This document shows positions 35,101-47,100 of a DNA stretch of 64,000 nt, in pieces. The stretch spans positions 57,350,001 through 57,414,000 of the forward strand of contig OZ249436.1 in assembly GCA_965235115.1 (NCBI GenBank). Direction: 5' to 3'. The stretch comes from Laetmonice hystrix. Its lineage: Eukaryota. Under the pieces are notes generated by a model. It saw only the letters and a list, made by a program, of their open reading frames with translations. It was not told where the DNA came from and ran no database searches. A program made the translations under genes and the position numbers. Each line of letters opens with the position of its first letter. Position 1 is the first letter of the stretch.

Positions 35101-38100
35101 AATCGTGTTGAAACGTTATACGATATAACCTAATTTATTTAAAGGGCTTTTCTAAGGAGAACCACGTACATTTAATTAATTTTGGTATGATGTGAATTTT
35201 AATCCGTCAAGGCAACGTTTAATTTTATTAAAGCATAAAAAGGAAGAGCAGATCCAACGAATGAATAAGTGTTATTTTGTCCAAAATGGTAATAATCGTC
35301 TTACTACTAAACCATTTACAAGCAAGTAAGACGAGTAGTACTTTCTCAATTTTTCTTCTTCTTTTTTGGGGTGGGGTGGGGTGGGAGAGCTAGGTTTAAG
35401 GTCGTTGTTTTAATTGGTCATCGGCGATGTCCCGGTACTTTCGTGACATTTTCCTGACTTCAAACATCGGTAAAATGTCTCTGTTGTATTGATAACCTTG
35501 TTGTAACACTATATACACTGTACAGCGTGAAATGATAAGTTGACATGTTTCCAAAATGTCATCTGACCCTCCTCGTATGTCTGTGTCAGGTACTCAGGTA
35601 CTTGGTTTCTGGCCCCTATATCATCCAACCATCCTTGACCTAAAGTACACAATGTGTGGCTTTATGCAGGCTGGCATATTGGATGTCTGTGGATGTTAAA
35701 TGTGTCTATGTTGCCTGAAACACCCAGATGGTTCGTTAGTGTCTGAGGTGACATTAAAATATTTGACGGCGGGAGGATGGCGAATCGTGTATGAGGATGG
35801 CATTAGTTCAGTTAGATACTAAAATTCTACTGTAAACCTCATGCCGGAGTAAACGCAACTGAATGTGTGAGTGTCGCAGCCAGATAGTCATCTTTATCCA
35901 GGGTAAATGCTATTTATCCAATAAATAATTTTAAAACTGCCAATAATTCTTACAAGGTATTCGTATTGGTTCATTCAAGAGCTTGTTTAGGAATGCAAAT
36001 AAGAAAGATGCTGACATCGCAGATTTCTGTTGGTAATGTTTCGATAACTTGTGATAAGACATTTGATTGATACTTCACATTAATTGATTGATTGATTTAA
36101 AAGCATTAGGGTAGTTTGCATGGCTGGTAAATGTATGAGAAATGATGGGTTGCGTTATCTTTAGTCAGGTCAGATGAGCTTTTGTTATGTATTCTGGTTT
36201 TTTTCCCTGCAAGATACAAAAGTAGTGCACTAACACGCTGTGCCACAGCCGGACTGTGACATGCCCATGTACATTGCGGTTTATGTTTCTGTCTGATGCC
36301 AAGTTTTGGGCGTTTGCACCCCATTTTTCCTTGTTGCAGTTCGGACAATAGTTCTACCTTTGCTGATAATTCGATCCTGTCAAGATCAAGCAAGATTACA
36401 GGGTGTGTGTTAGTAGAGAATAGATGGTTAGATGTGCATGCTTGTTTCGCTTCATTTATACTAATACTACACTGCTGTGTAGCATAGAATACAGCCATGA
36501 AAAAGTCCGCACTCTCATCTGGTAGGCAAACAATAAGTGAACTTGGAATTTCGTCATGTATGAAACTATTGTGCATTAGGCATGATCAATATGCTTTTAT
36601 ATGATATATAATTGACTTATATGAGGGATGTGGAACTATTTAGCATCATGTGTTGGACAAATGATGAATAAGTGAATGATAAGTAAGTGCTGATATTGTT
36701 AAGCAATGTACAGTACATGTAGACCTAGTGAAGTGCTAATAGTATACAAACATGTAGAATCTAAAGTCGATTTAAGGAGTTCTGCCATCTCTGACATTTA
36801 ACCAAGTTCAGTTTAAGCGAAACGTCATCACAGATGAACGTTCAGTGCTTATTTGTCATAGTTTAAAAAGAAAGGGGAGCTTATTTTGGCCAACTTGTTG
36901 ATATTGTTCGGAACCTCTCCTGGAGATGAAGTGACTTTATGATTTTGTGTCAGTGATGGCAGAAGTTTGATAATGGCTAGCTGTTAGTTCAACTGTGACC
37001 CTCCGACACCAACAACATGGAGCATTGTCACCCAGGGCCCACTCATGATGGGGTCGGCATCTCCTGTCCGTGGTGAACAACTCTTGTGCTACAGTGTTCA
37101 TTCTATTCTTTTTTCACCTTGCTTCTTGGTCCCGGAATTGCAGCAAACTGCAATGGAAGAGGTAAACGTTGCAGCCTTTAGGAAGATGCAGCAATGACCT
37201 TGAATAATTACTTCCTCACTAGGTGGCACTGTATGCATGCGATTACGATGCCACATGGGACAAAATTATTATAGCACCGTCATGCAGTAGACATGATTCA
37301 GATAATGACACTCTTTACTTTACAACACTGACTATTCGTGATGTTTTACCTCGATTTTTTTTATTGTCATTACTTTCAGTTTGTGGTGGGATGATGAGAA
37401 TGAACGACATGTCTTGCTGGACAGGGATGATAAAACGTATTCTGTTTTATAGGTTAGGTGAAATGGCAGGTTCGTGTTTAGGGGGAAAATGAGAGAGAGA
37501 GGGAGAAAAAGAGAGAAAAGAAAAACGCGAAACCGTGATGTTTTCCTTTACTAAAATATTTGTAAATATTTGTAAATATTTTAGATGGATTAACTTAAGT
37601 ATTTTATACTACGTCAATACACTTGATCCAAAGACTTGACAACACAAAGCGATGTGAGAGTTGTTTGAGTGCTGTTATATATCAGCTTTATAGCTTTTTC
37701 TTTTCTGTTACATGATCATTTTAGGACGTAAGTACACGTTGACTCTGGTAAAAATCCATTTTGATTATTTCTGCTTCACATATTAACGGTTATCTTTTAA
37801 TATACATATAAGGGCTTCCTGATATGCCATACACCTAACCTAGACCAAAGGGACAACTCAACCATATTATATTATTATATAATTAGCATTTAAAATTATT
37901 AAGAGGTTTGTACTGATGACAATGTCTCCTCTTTTTTTTCTTTCATAGTCTCGTTCGAAACCTCCCCCCGTCAAAGGGTGTACCCGAGATTTTCGAGTAT
38001 ATAACATTTAAATACTTTTGTTCATGAGTGGACCATGTTATGCCGCAGTCTTGAACTGTTTGCCTGTTCTTATGTTCAACAAGATAGGAATGATCTTTTG

Positions 38101-41100
38101 TGTTCATACCAGATGTTACCCAGTTTTATACTATAGTGTTACAGTTAATCTGTCCCTTCAGTTGACTTCCCCGTATTTCATTTTCACTTCAGTCCATGTT
38201 AATCTTTATCATTTGTAATGTGGCAAAACTAACATTTTCTGTTCTGTCCAACTTGAACTGAAGTTACTTATTGAGCAAAATCCTTCGGTTTAGTTTACTT
38301 AAGTATATTTGTACGTAAACGTTAAGTTAACCTAATTATAATTTTTAGAACCATATAGGATTTAGTTCAAGTCGATTACAGTTTAAGCCTGTTATAAGGA
38401 AAATACAGGAAACCAAAAATATGCATAAAATCTTATTTTAGGACGGGCTATTAAGAATTCATTTTAAATGTCCAAATATTCTTGGCCAGCCATGATCTGG
38501 CAGTTTGAGGACGAAGGAAGTTTCTTTGCGTACCTGGGGCCCAGATACTCCATATAAGTGTCCTTACGGTTAAAGAGAAAAGTCTGTTGAAAGAAGTTGA
38601 ACTTCAAGGGAAGAGTATTAATGAAATGTCCATATGAATGAGAAGGTCATTTTGCTCCAAGATGGTTTCAGCAAGGCATGTCTAAAGCTTTATTTAGTTT
38701 GACTTGTTTCTCGATTCAATGTGTTGAGTCTGTTATTGGAATGTGACAGTCAGTTTGAGAGAGAGAAGTGTACATTTAGTCCTGATCAGCACCTGCTACG
38801 TCCAACAAAACGTCAAACTTCAATGGAAGCCTTGAGGACTCAAAGTGGAAGCGGGAATTAATTTTATGACCATGAGAGTGGCATCATTAAGGAAATAGTG
38901 ATGTGAAGTGTTCCCCTGGAAGATGTTGTGTGCGGAGAAGTAACCTGACTTTCCATGTAACGAATGCTAACAAACATTTCCTGCGTGATAACACGGGATA
39001 AATCCGAGTTGCATACAGAATGGCTCGTCATGCTTTTCCTTTTTGCGTTCAAGTTTAATTTTACTGTAACCGTTTAAGGAAGTACGTCGAGATTGCATTT
39101 CGAAAGTTTCAAAAGTACTACAGTTTTTTTAGCATTCCCTATTACTTTCTACCTTCCAAACGGATATTGTTGAAGAGATACAGGAAAACACTGTAGTGTA
39201 TAATTAGCAGCAGCTGGTGATCAGATTCGATAAGTGTTTGTCTTGACGTATCGGTTGTTTTATAGGTTGATAGTGGCATTTGAAATGTTGTGTGACGAAT
39301 TATATGAACAGGTATCTGGTAGTGACTATTGTAATGTTTTGCATACGTTTCTAGTTATTTATTTTTGGAAAATTTCGAAATTATTCAGTTAAACTTTCAT
39401 CATTTACATTATAAAAAGGGTACACAGTTGGTTGCAGGGAGGGAATAAAAAAAATCATATTTCTAGCAGAAATGTGGTGGTTATTAATGACGCTTGCTTC
39501 ACTGATATAATGTCAGTATTTTGAATTATTCGGGAGGCACATGGTACAAAAGCAAAACTATTTGCACCAATATTTCTAACAAGTTTTTCCATTTATATGG
39601 GTAACAGCTAAGAGAAATATACATAGAATGCTGAAGTTGTTTAGAGTGGTGGGCAGGAATTAATTGCAGCTTGTTTTGTGGCAGTTTCCTGGTGAGCTTC
39701 ATGGTGGATGCGAGAGGTGGCGCCATGCGCGGCTGCCGCCATTCGGGAGTTCGTATTATCGTACCTCCTGGCAAGGCCTGCATGCCGACTCGCGTCACGT
39801 GCAAGTTGGTAAAGAAAGAGAAGTTGATGCACCCGCCCCCGTTGATGGAAGGAGAGGCGTTGGCCTCCCGCATTCTTGAGATGGGACCGGTTGGTGCCAA
39901 GTTCCAAGGGTAAGTAGACCTTTTTTTCTTTTTCAAGAAGAAAAGAGTACTAACATAAATCACTTGCAAATTGTGTTCTTTGTGTCTACTGTGTAGATTT
40001 ATTACTGCGACCCCCCTCCCTCCAAAACGGTCACCATTTCTGTCTCAAATGCTTATATTTCATTATTGTATTATTAATTTAAATAGGTGCATCATTGTAT
40101 TGTAAATGGAAGAACAACATTAATTTAGAAAGGAGACGGAGAGAACCAGGGGTGTGACCGTGACACTTTCTGTTTACAGTCCGGTGATCATTGAGGTTCC
40201 ACACTTTGCTGCACTGCGCGGCAAGGAACGTGAAATCGTGATCCTGCGCTCGGACAATGGCGAGGTCTGGCGCGAACATACCATGGAAGCCACTGAGGAA
40301 GCCATTCATGAGGCTCTGAATGGCAGCTTTGAAGGTGAAGGTGATTACCTGTCGGCATGCGACGAACGGCATGCAGCGTTTTCTACCTCCATCCTCTAGG
40401 GTCCAGGTTTGAGTTGGCCGCTGCTTACATTCACGTCAAGACTCGTACCACCCTGCTCCAACTGATCAGCATTGGTTTCTTGAAGGACCAGAATTACTTT
40501 TGCAGGAATCTTTCCATGTAAGAAGTCGATAAGGGGAGATCGCTGCTAAATTATGGGTAATGTTTTGTATGAGTGGGACCATTTTGTGTAATAAAGTGTA
40601 AATTTGTTCGCCAAGGTGACAAAATGTTACTAGTTGCAATACCAATGCTGAAACTGGTACGAATCTTGAACTTGTCCACCCGGACATAACTTTCCTTTGA
40701 AATCTGTCATAGCGGTTTCTGAATGTACATATCATGGGTGGACGAGACACGTGAGGCCTGACGCATTTGTTTTGAAGTTTACATTTCAAAAATCTAATTG
40801 TGCGTGCTCTTCAGAGTTCTGAAATGAAAATTGTTTGGATTGGAATCTTTCGTTTGGATTTTTGTTGAGAAGAGTACTGCTTCTTTCTTTCTTTCTTTCC
40901 TTCTTTTTTTTCTTTCTTTCTTGTATTGCATGACACTTGCATGTTGTTTTTTCGCCCTAACCCAGATAACGCTGCTTGCCGACCTATTTGGTTGTACTGC
41001 GAAGTTTGTGTAGCCATTCCCCTGCTGGAGATACATTTTCCACAATTTGTAATTGAAAATACCCCTTTTAGAACTATTCGAAAATAAATTTCAAAATGGG

Positions 41101-44100
41101 GCCTTTGCATCCTTTTTCATTTCATGAATAGGCCTACTAATAATTTCACAAATTGTGAAAATCACAGCAAGGAAGTGGTGAATATGAAAATGTTCAGAAA
41201 TATATGCGGTGATTGCACTGAAGAATAACATAGAGTGAATAAGCCTGATACAAACAATAGTATAACCTGCGAGCGTGACGAAGAGAAACTACTAATACTA
41301 ATACAGTGTACAGTGTCGTGAAAAATTTGCACACTAACTTCATAGCAACTAGCTTTGTTAATGCTTTAATTTAAGGTCGCTCTATACTGTCTGACAAGGA
41401 TTTGTGAATATTAAGTCTGTTTAAACACCGTAGTTTGTCAGTAAAATGCACATGTGTGTGAAAGTATGGATGTGAATGTTTTTTACCAGTCACTGAAAGG
41501 CCAGTGTTCGTGCATTAGGTTAAGGCAGTAGGAGGACTAGTTAGTCGGAAAGATTTAGACTTTGTCAGGGATAAAGCATGTTTGGTGAAAACTTTACCGA
41601 TAGGTGTAGATGACTGAGAGAGGCATGGTTATTATACATGTAAATGCAAGGTACACATCTTGGAATGCCAGCACCTAGTCAGTTTATGGGGGCATGGTCC
41701 GGATAGGTAAATGTAATGGGTTTATAGTAGTAGAATAAATACTAACATTATGTTGTAGTTAGCTATTAAATAATTCTTGATTTACACCTGATAGGATCTG
41801 CATATCAAGTTCACTTAGTGCTTGAGATTTTATAACGTGCTGACATATAGCGGAGTCCATGTCATTGCTCCAGAAGTTGAGTTTTGACTCGCAAAGTCTC
41901 TAAAGGCGGCAATGTTAAAGGCCTTGAAATGCATTTTCTACTTGGATAGTAGGAAGACAGAACGCTCCTAGACACGACGTTATGGGGTTATAGTGGTAGA
42001 ATAAATACTAACATTATGTAGAACTTAGCTATTACATAATTCTTTATTTACACCTGATAGAATCTGCATAGCAAGTTCACTTAGTGCTTGTTTAGTTGGG
42101 TTTCAGATTTTCTGATATGCATCATGTCTAATAGAGCAGCATAGAAACTGTAGCATTGAATCGGGATCGCATGGCTCGGGTAGTAGGTCGGGATATAGAA
42201 GCACTTGATCAGTAGGGTGACTGGTAGAGGAAGCACACTTGGTCATAGCACAGTAGTGGAGAAAGCAAGAAAGGAAGCATCTAGATTACATCAGGCTTCA
42301 GTTGATACTACGTAACCTGTTCTCAAAGTCAGGGACAAGTCAGTAGTTTAGTGGAAAGATTGCGTGAGAGCAATGGAGCACACGGGTGAGCACCAGAGGA
42401 TGTACGCAGGGGCTGAGTTCTTTCTTTTCGTTTTAGATTTGGAGAGCGCCGAAGAACTTTACCACAAACGTATAACACGCATTTTGACAACGGACTTCCC
42501 TCAATACTTCGCCGTGGTAACACGTATTCGACAGGAGAGCAAATCCATTGGCCCAGAATCTGGAATGTTGAGCTCAACTGTTGTGCCCCAAGTTCAGGCC
42601 GTCTTCCCAGAAGGCTCACTCACCAAGAAGATCAAAGTGGGCCTGCAGGTAGGATGTGCATGGATATCCTCATGCATTTCACACACCCGTATTTATCTTA
42701 TACTTCATAAGGATGATTGTACATTGTACTCTTAACAATGCTATGGTTAATTAGGAAGGTCTAAGACTCTCTAACCCCTGTTTGCCTCCACACAGGCTCA
42801 GCCCATCCAACCTGAAGCTGTTTCCAAACTACTCGGTAACCGCGTGGCGGTGAGTCCTATCGTGACAGTGGAGCCGAGACGCCGCAAGTTCCACAAGCCG
42901 ATTACCCTTACAATCCCACTGCCAAAGGCATCGCAGAAGGGCATGATTAACCAATATGGCGGTGACACTCCCACATTGCGATTGCTGTGCAGTATCACTG
43001 GTAAGCGTAAGTTGTCAGTTTGCGTGCTTACTTAATTCACCCTAATAAATTAACCCCGCCCCCCGTAATTAACAACGGGACACACTTTAGATGCAATGCT
43101 TTAAATGTAAGACTAGTTGTATTTACTTTCACTCCCTCACTGCTGAATGACATGGACTTTTAAAAATTTTGCATGAAAAATCAGCAGTGACTGTGCCCAA
43201 GTTCAGATATACCAAAGAGAGACACCAGAAATTGATACCCGTTGCAGACGACATGACCATAGTTGTAGATACCAGAGTGTTCTTGCATGTAATGACACTG
43301 GACTGTGCTGTGTGCAACCCTCTGCACTACAGCAAGTAAGTTTGTGGAAGCATGAGGCCAAATTCTCCTTACAAGTTTCAGCAGTGGACCAATGGTCAGG
43401 GGTGAGAAACAGGGCAAGGTTGAGCTAGGGAGGGTTGGAATTCTGGCAGTAGCATGCAGTGTCATGTCCCTGTAACGAGGCCTTGTGTGGCTGTGTACAT
43501 ATAGCTGCCTTTTAGACGCTTTCAGACCCCCTTGTCCAAATGCGGCAGTCAAGCTCTGCTGGTCGTAGAGATAGTAAACGTGTAACCCAGTAGAATGGGG
43601 AAAAAAACTTACACGATTAACAAAATTAACAATTCACGAAATCCATTCAAAAAGTCAAGTGGTATAAGTTCTACCCGAGTGTGTCAGTTGTCACTTGACT
43701 GGGCTTTTGGCTGATGGGTGCCTAAAGCTGTAAACACTCGATCAATAGAACTGCTTGCTTTGCTTTCCTGTTTAAGTATATTAGAACCACATCAATTAAC
43801 GTTCTGTCTACTTATCAGTCTAATATAGTTTTGTATTCGCTATAGCTACTCATGTTTGATTCTTTTGACACCTACTGATACTTTAATATTGATAAAAATG
43901 TTGATCCCCCATTTCGTTTCAGTTAACTTGTCGATAGCCGTTCTCAACCTTTCACAGTAAAGTAAAGAACACTGCTATTGTCTCTAATTACCTTTTACTG
44001 ATCATAATCCACTGCTGTACATGTGACTTTCGTAGGTAACAGTAACAATGTTAATTTAGGTACATTAATTAGTTTCGTCCTGCCTAGTTTCGGTATGTAA

Positions 44101-47100
44101 CAGCGCCATGCATGTTTCTTAAGCTCGTCGTCATCTCGGCAGTGTTTCCATTCCTCATTTTGTGTTACAGCAGGTTGAAATTCAAAACTATGCAAATTTT
44201 CATATTTTTTTTATGAAGAGTAGAGAAAAATGACAGCAGTTGAAAATACAGGAGAAAATTGAAAAAAAATTCAGGACCCTGGTCAGATCGTTTCACCTGT
44301 ATTGTTGCTGTTGGAAAGTGGTGATACAACATGTAATGCTTTCTGTGTTGAGATTTTTTTTCATTCCGCAAGTGTGCTTTGTAGCGTGTCAGGGATCTGC
44401 CAACCCTACACTGGAGAGCAGACCAAAAGGCACCCCTACCCTTCTACCCATTACCCCATGAAAAAAAAAAACATCGGAAAATTATATATCCCATGTATAA
44501 GGCAAGGCACTAGAGAGCAAAAAGCCAGAATAGAGTGAGCTCTCTATTGGAGGATCACAGAATGTGTGATGATACATGAGCCCTCTTGTTAATGTCCTTC
44601 TGTCGGTGGTAGTCATGGTAACGTCTCAACTTGGGTGATAGTCATGTGCTTGTTTTGTATCATGTCATCCACATCCCCATCTCCCTTCTATCACCATGTC
44701 ATCCGTGTCTGTGACGTCTACATCCGGCTTTATTTCTCTATCAGGTTCACATATTTGTTTTATTTCTTGGTCATCATTTCTGATTTCTCAAGGTTTCATT
44801 TGAAATCATTTTTAAAACCATTCACCGTTGTTCCGGGAGAACCTTTATTTTTAAACTAGTTTGATTCCTTGATTGACTCTTTTTCTTCTTCAGAGTATTT
44901 TTCCCCTTGTGTCTGTCTGAGAGGCTTTGGTTGACTCCAATGATTCGCCATTTTTCCTGGCCTGTCTGTCTCAAAGCACTTTATTTTTAACTGTATGATT
45001 TGCCTAGGATTCAGGATTCACTGAGCTGGGGAGGACGTATAGCATGTCACAGGTTTCAGTTCTAGGAGAGCACTGGATGCCAGGCAATGCTGCGCTGCTC
45101 GTCATCGTTTTCTTTTTGCCCCTTTCTTTCCCATTTAGAGCGTCAGTGTGTCAATCTAGCACCTGTTTTCCCATTAGCAACATGGAGACTCAACTACTGA
45201 AAGAAGGCCGACTTTGTACTTTCAAACCCTGTAACACAAATAATGGTATGAGATTCTGTAGATAGTCAAGCAAGCTAATAAGGAAACCCAATTATAATTA
45301 GTAGTCCAGGAGAAACGAACATGAAAAGAGTCAAACTATCATATACTACTATATACTACTATACTACTATCGTAGTGCAGGATTTGGGACATAATCTGGT
45401 CGTCAGCTTGAAGTGGAGCTTTTCAAATATATCCAAACTAATGGTAATCAAAAGCACAGTCACGTTCTTAAAGTTCACAAGTATTTTCCAAGTTGAGGTG
45501 TTCATCGTTCTCTAAGTTGTATTTGATCACATAGTCGTGGCTCCTCAACATCAGTGAGTTTGAAAATAACCGTAGATAATGTTTGGTGCACATCCTTACA
45601 AAATTGGGTTGTATGGCCATTTCTGAAACACAGAAATGTCCCTCACCTTGCACATTTAGCATGAAAATAATAAAGGATTCGTGACGAGAAAACGACTAGC
45701 AAATGTTAACTTAGTGAAGTTTTAAAACTACTAGTTTAAGAAATATTTTTTTTTATCTGAACGTAACTTATCTATAACTATATTGGGAACTATATACCTA
45801 TACAGAAGCTGTAATACGTTTTAATGATGAATGACATGAAGGGAGATAATTAACACATAGAGGGTATGGCATGAATCTATGTGTAATGGTACATGACGAC
45901 AGAGATACGAGTGCATGAGGCTTTGTGTTGTTTTGAAGTCACCAGGTGCTTTAAGATCAGCAAGTGTTTTGGGGGCAACCGCTAGGGGCATTGTGCAGTG
46001 CTCTGCTGCTCGACTGTGGTTTTTTTTTCGATTGACTTGGTGACGTGATGTAGTGTTGATCGGTTTATCCTAGGTGAGTCTATGGACTACATCAATGGAG
46101 GTGGCGAAAAATCTGGGCCCATCATCGCAGGTACCCGCCACTCCTCCGCTACGCTACGTTTTAAGTCTCTCTGCCTCGTGTGTTCGCCTATTATTCAATG
46201 TTTTATTTCGTCTCATATTGAGTAGGAATGCTCTTCAGTGCAGGGAGGGCAGGATGATCCTCTTCGCTTGTGTATATTTGCATGTGTGGTCTTCAAAGCG
46301 CGGTTCATCAACCTTCCCGGATAGCATGCCCACTTAAATATAGTACTTGATGTTGCCTTCAGGTGGCAGTCTCCACAGCTATTGTAACTGTCAGCATGAA
46401 AGTGACACAACGGATGATTACTTAAATATAATCAATGTATCTTTGCCATAATAAGTAACCTAAGAAAGTTTAAAAAGCTGATTCAGATCTTAAACCTGGA
46501 CTAATAAATAGTATGAGATTAGTTGTTACGAAGCGGATGAGAAAGAAACGCCAAATAAGCCTTAGGTTCCTATAGTCTGCCCAGAGTAGTTGAGAGAAAG
46601 CAAGTGTGAGTAAAAGATGTAAATCTGTAGAGACATAGGAGCGAGATCAGATGATTGTCAAGCTGGGACGATTTGTGTGGTATGAACTGATCCTTTGCAG
46701 TCACGGCACCTCCTTCCTTTACGACCAACCCATCCCCTCTCATTTTGTGTCGGTGTTTTTCCACCCACCTACCATGTACTACGCCCTATATTCTGGCTAT
46801 TTGTGTCCTTCAGTTTGCCTTCCCTTTTTTTGTGTGCTGCGTGCTGATTGGATGAACAGAGGCAAATATCTGAACACCTTCCAATCAGATCTCTTCAATT
46901 ACGACGACTCCACCGTCGATGTCCTCCATGCACAGTTGTCTCGTGATGCACTTTGTGGATGTTAAGGTTTCACATGGAGCACACTCATTACACTCATTGC
47001 TCTCAGTGTTAATCCGAGTCCAGCATAATTTGGCTTTTCTTTTGGCCAAATTTTTTCTATGTGTCCCAGGATATAAACTGCTGTAGTTTAGTGGTGTACC

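Noticed and set aside
44385-44429. 45-nt symmetric phase-1 exon candidate [15 protein letters not shown]
   Set aside because: It needs a GC donor (AAG|gcaccc) lacking the strong consensus GC donors normally have
46814-46965. Open frame ...[34 protein letters not shown]-stop after a cag acceptor
   Set aside because: No usable donor; it would truncate ZU5-C; no poly(A) evidence
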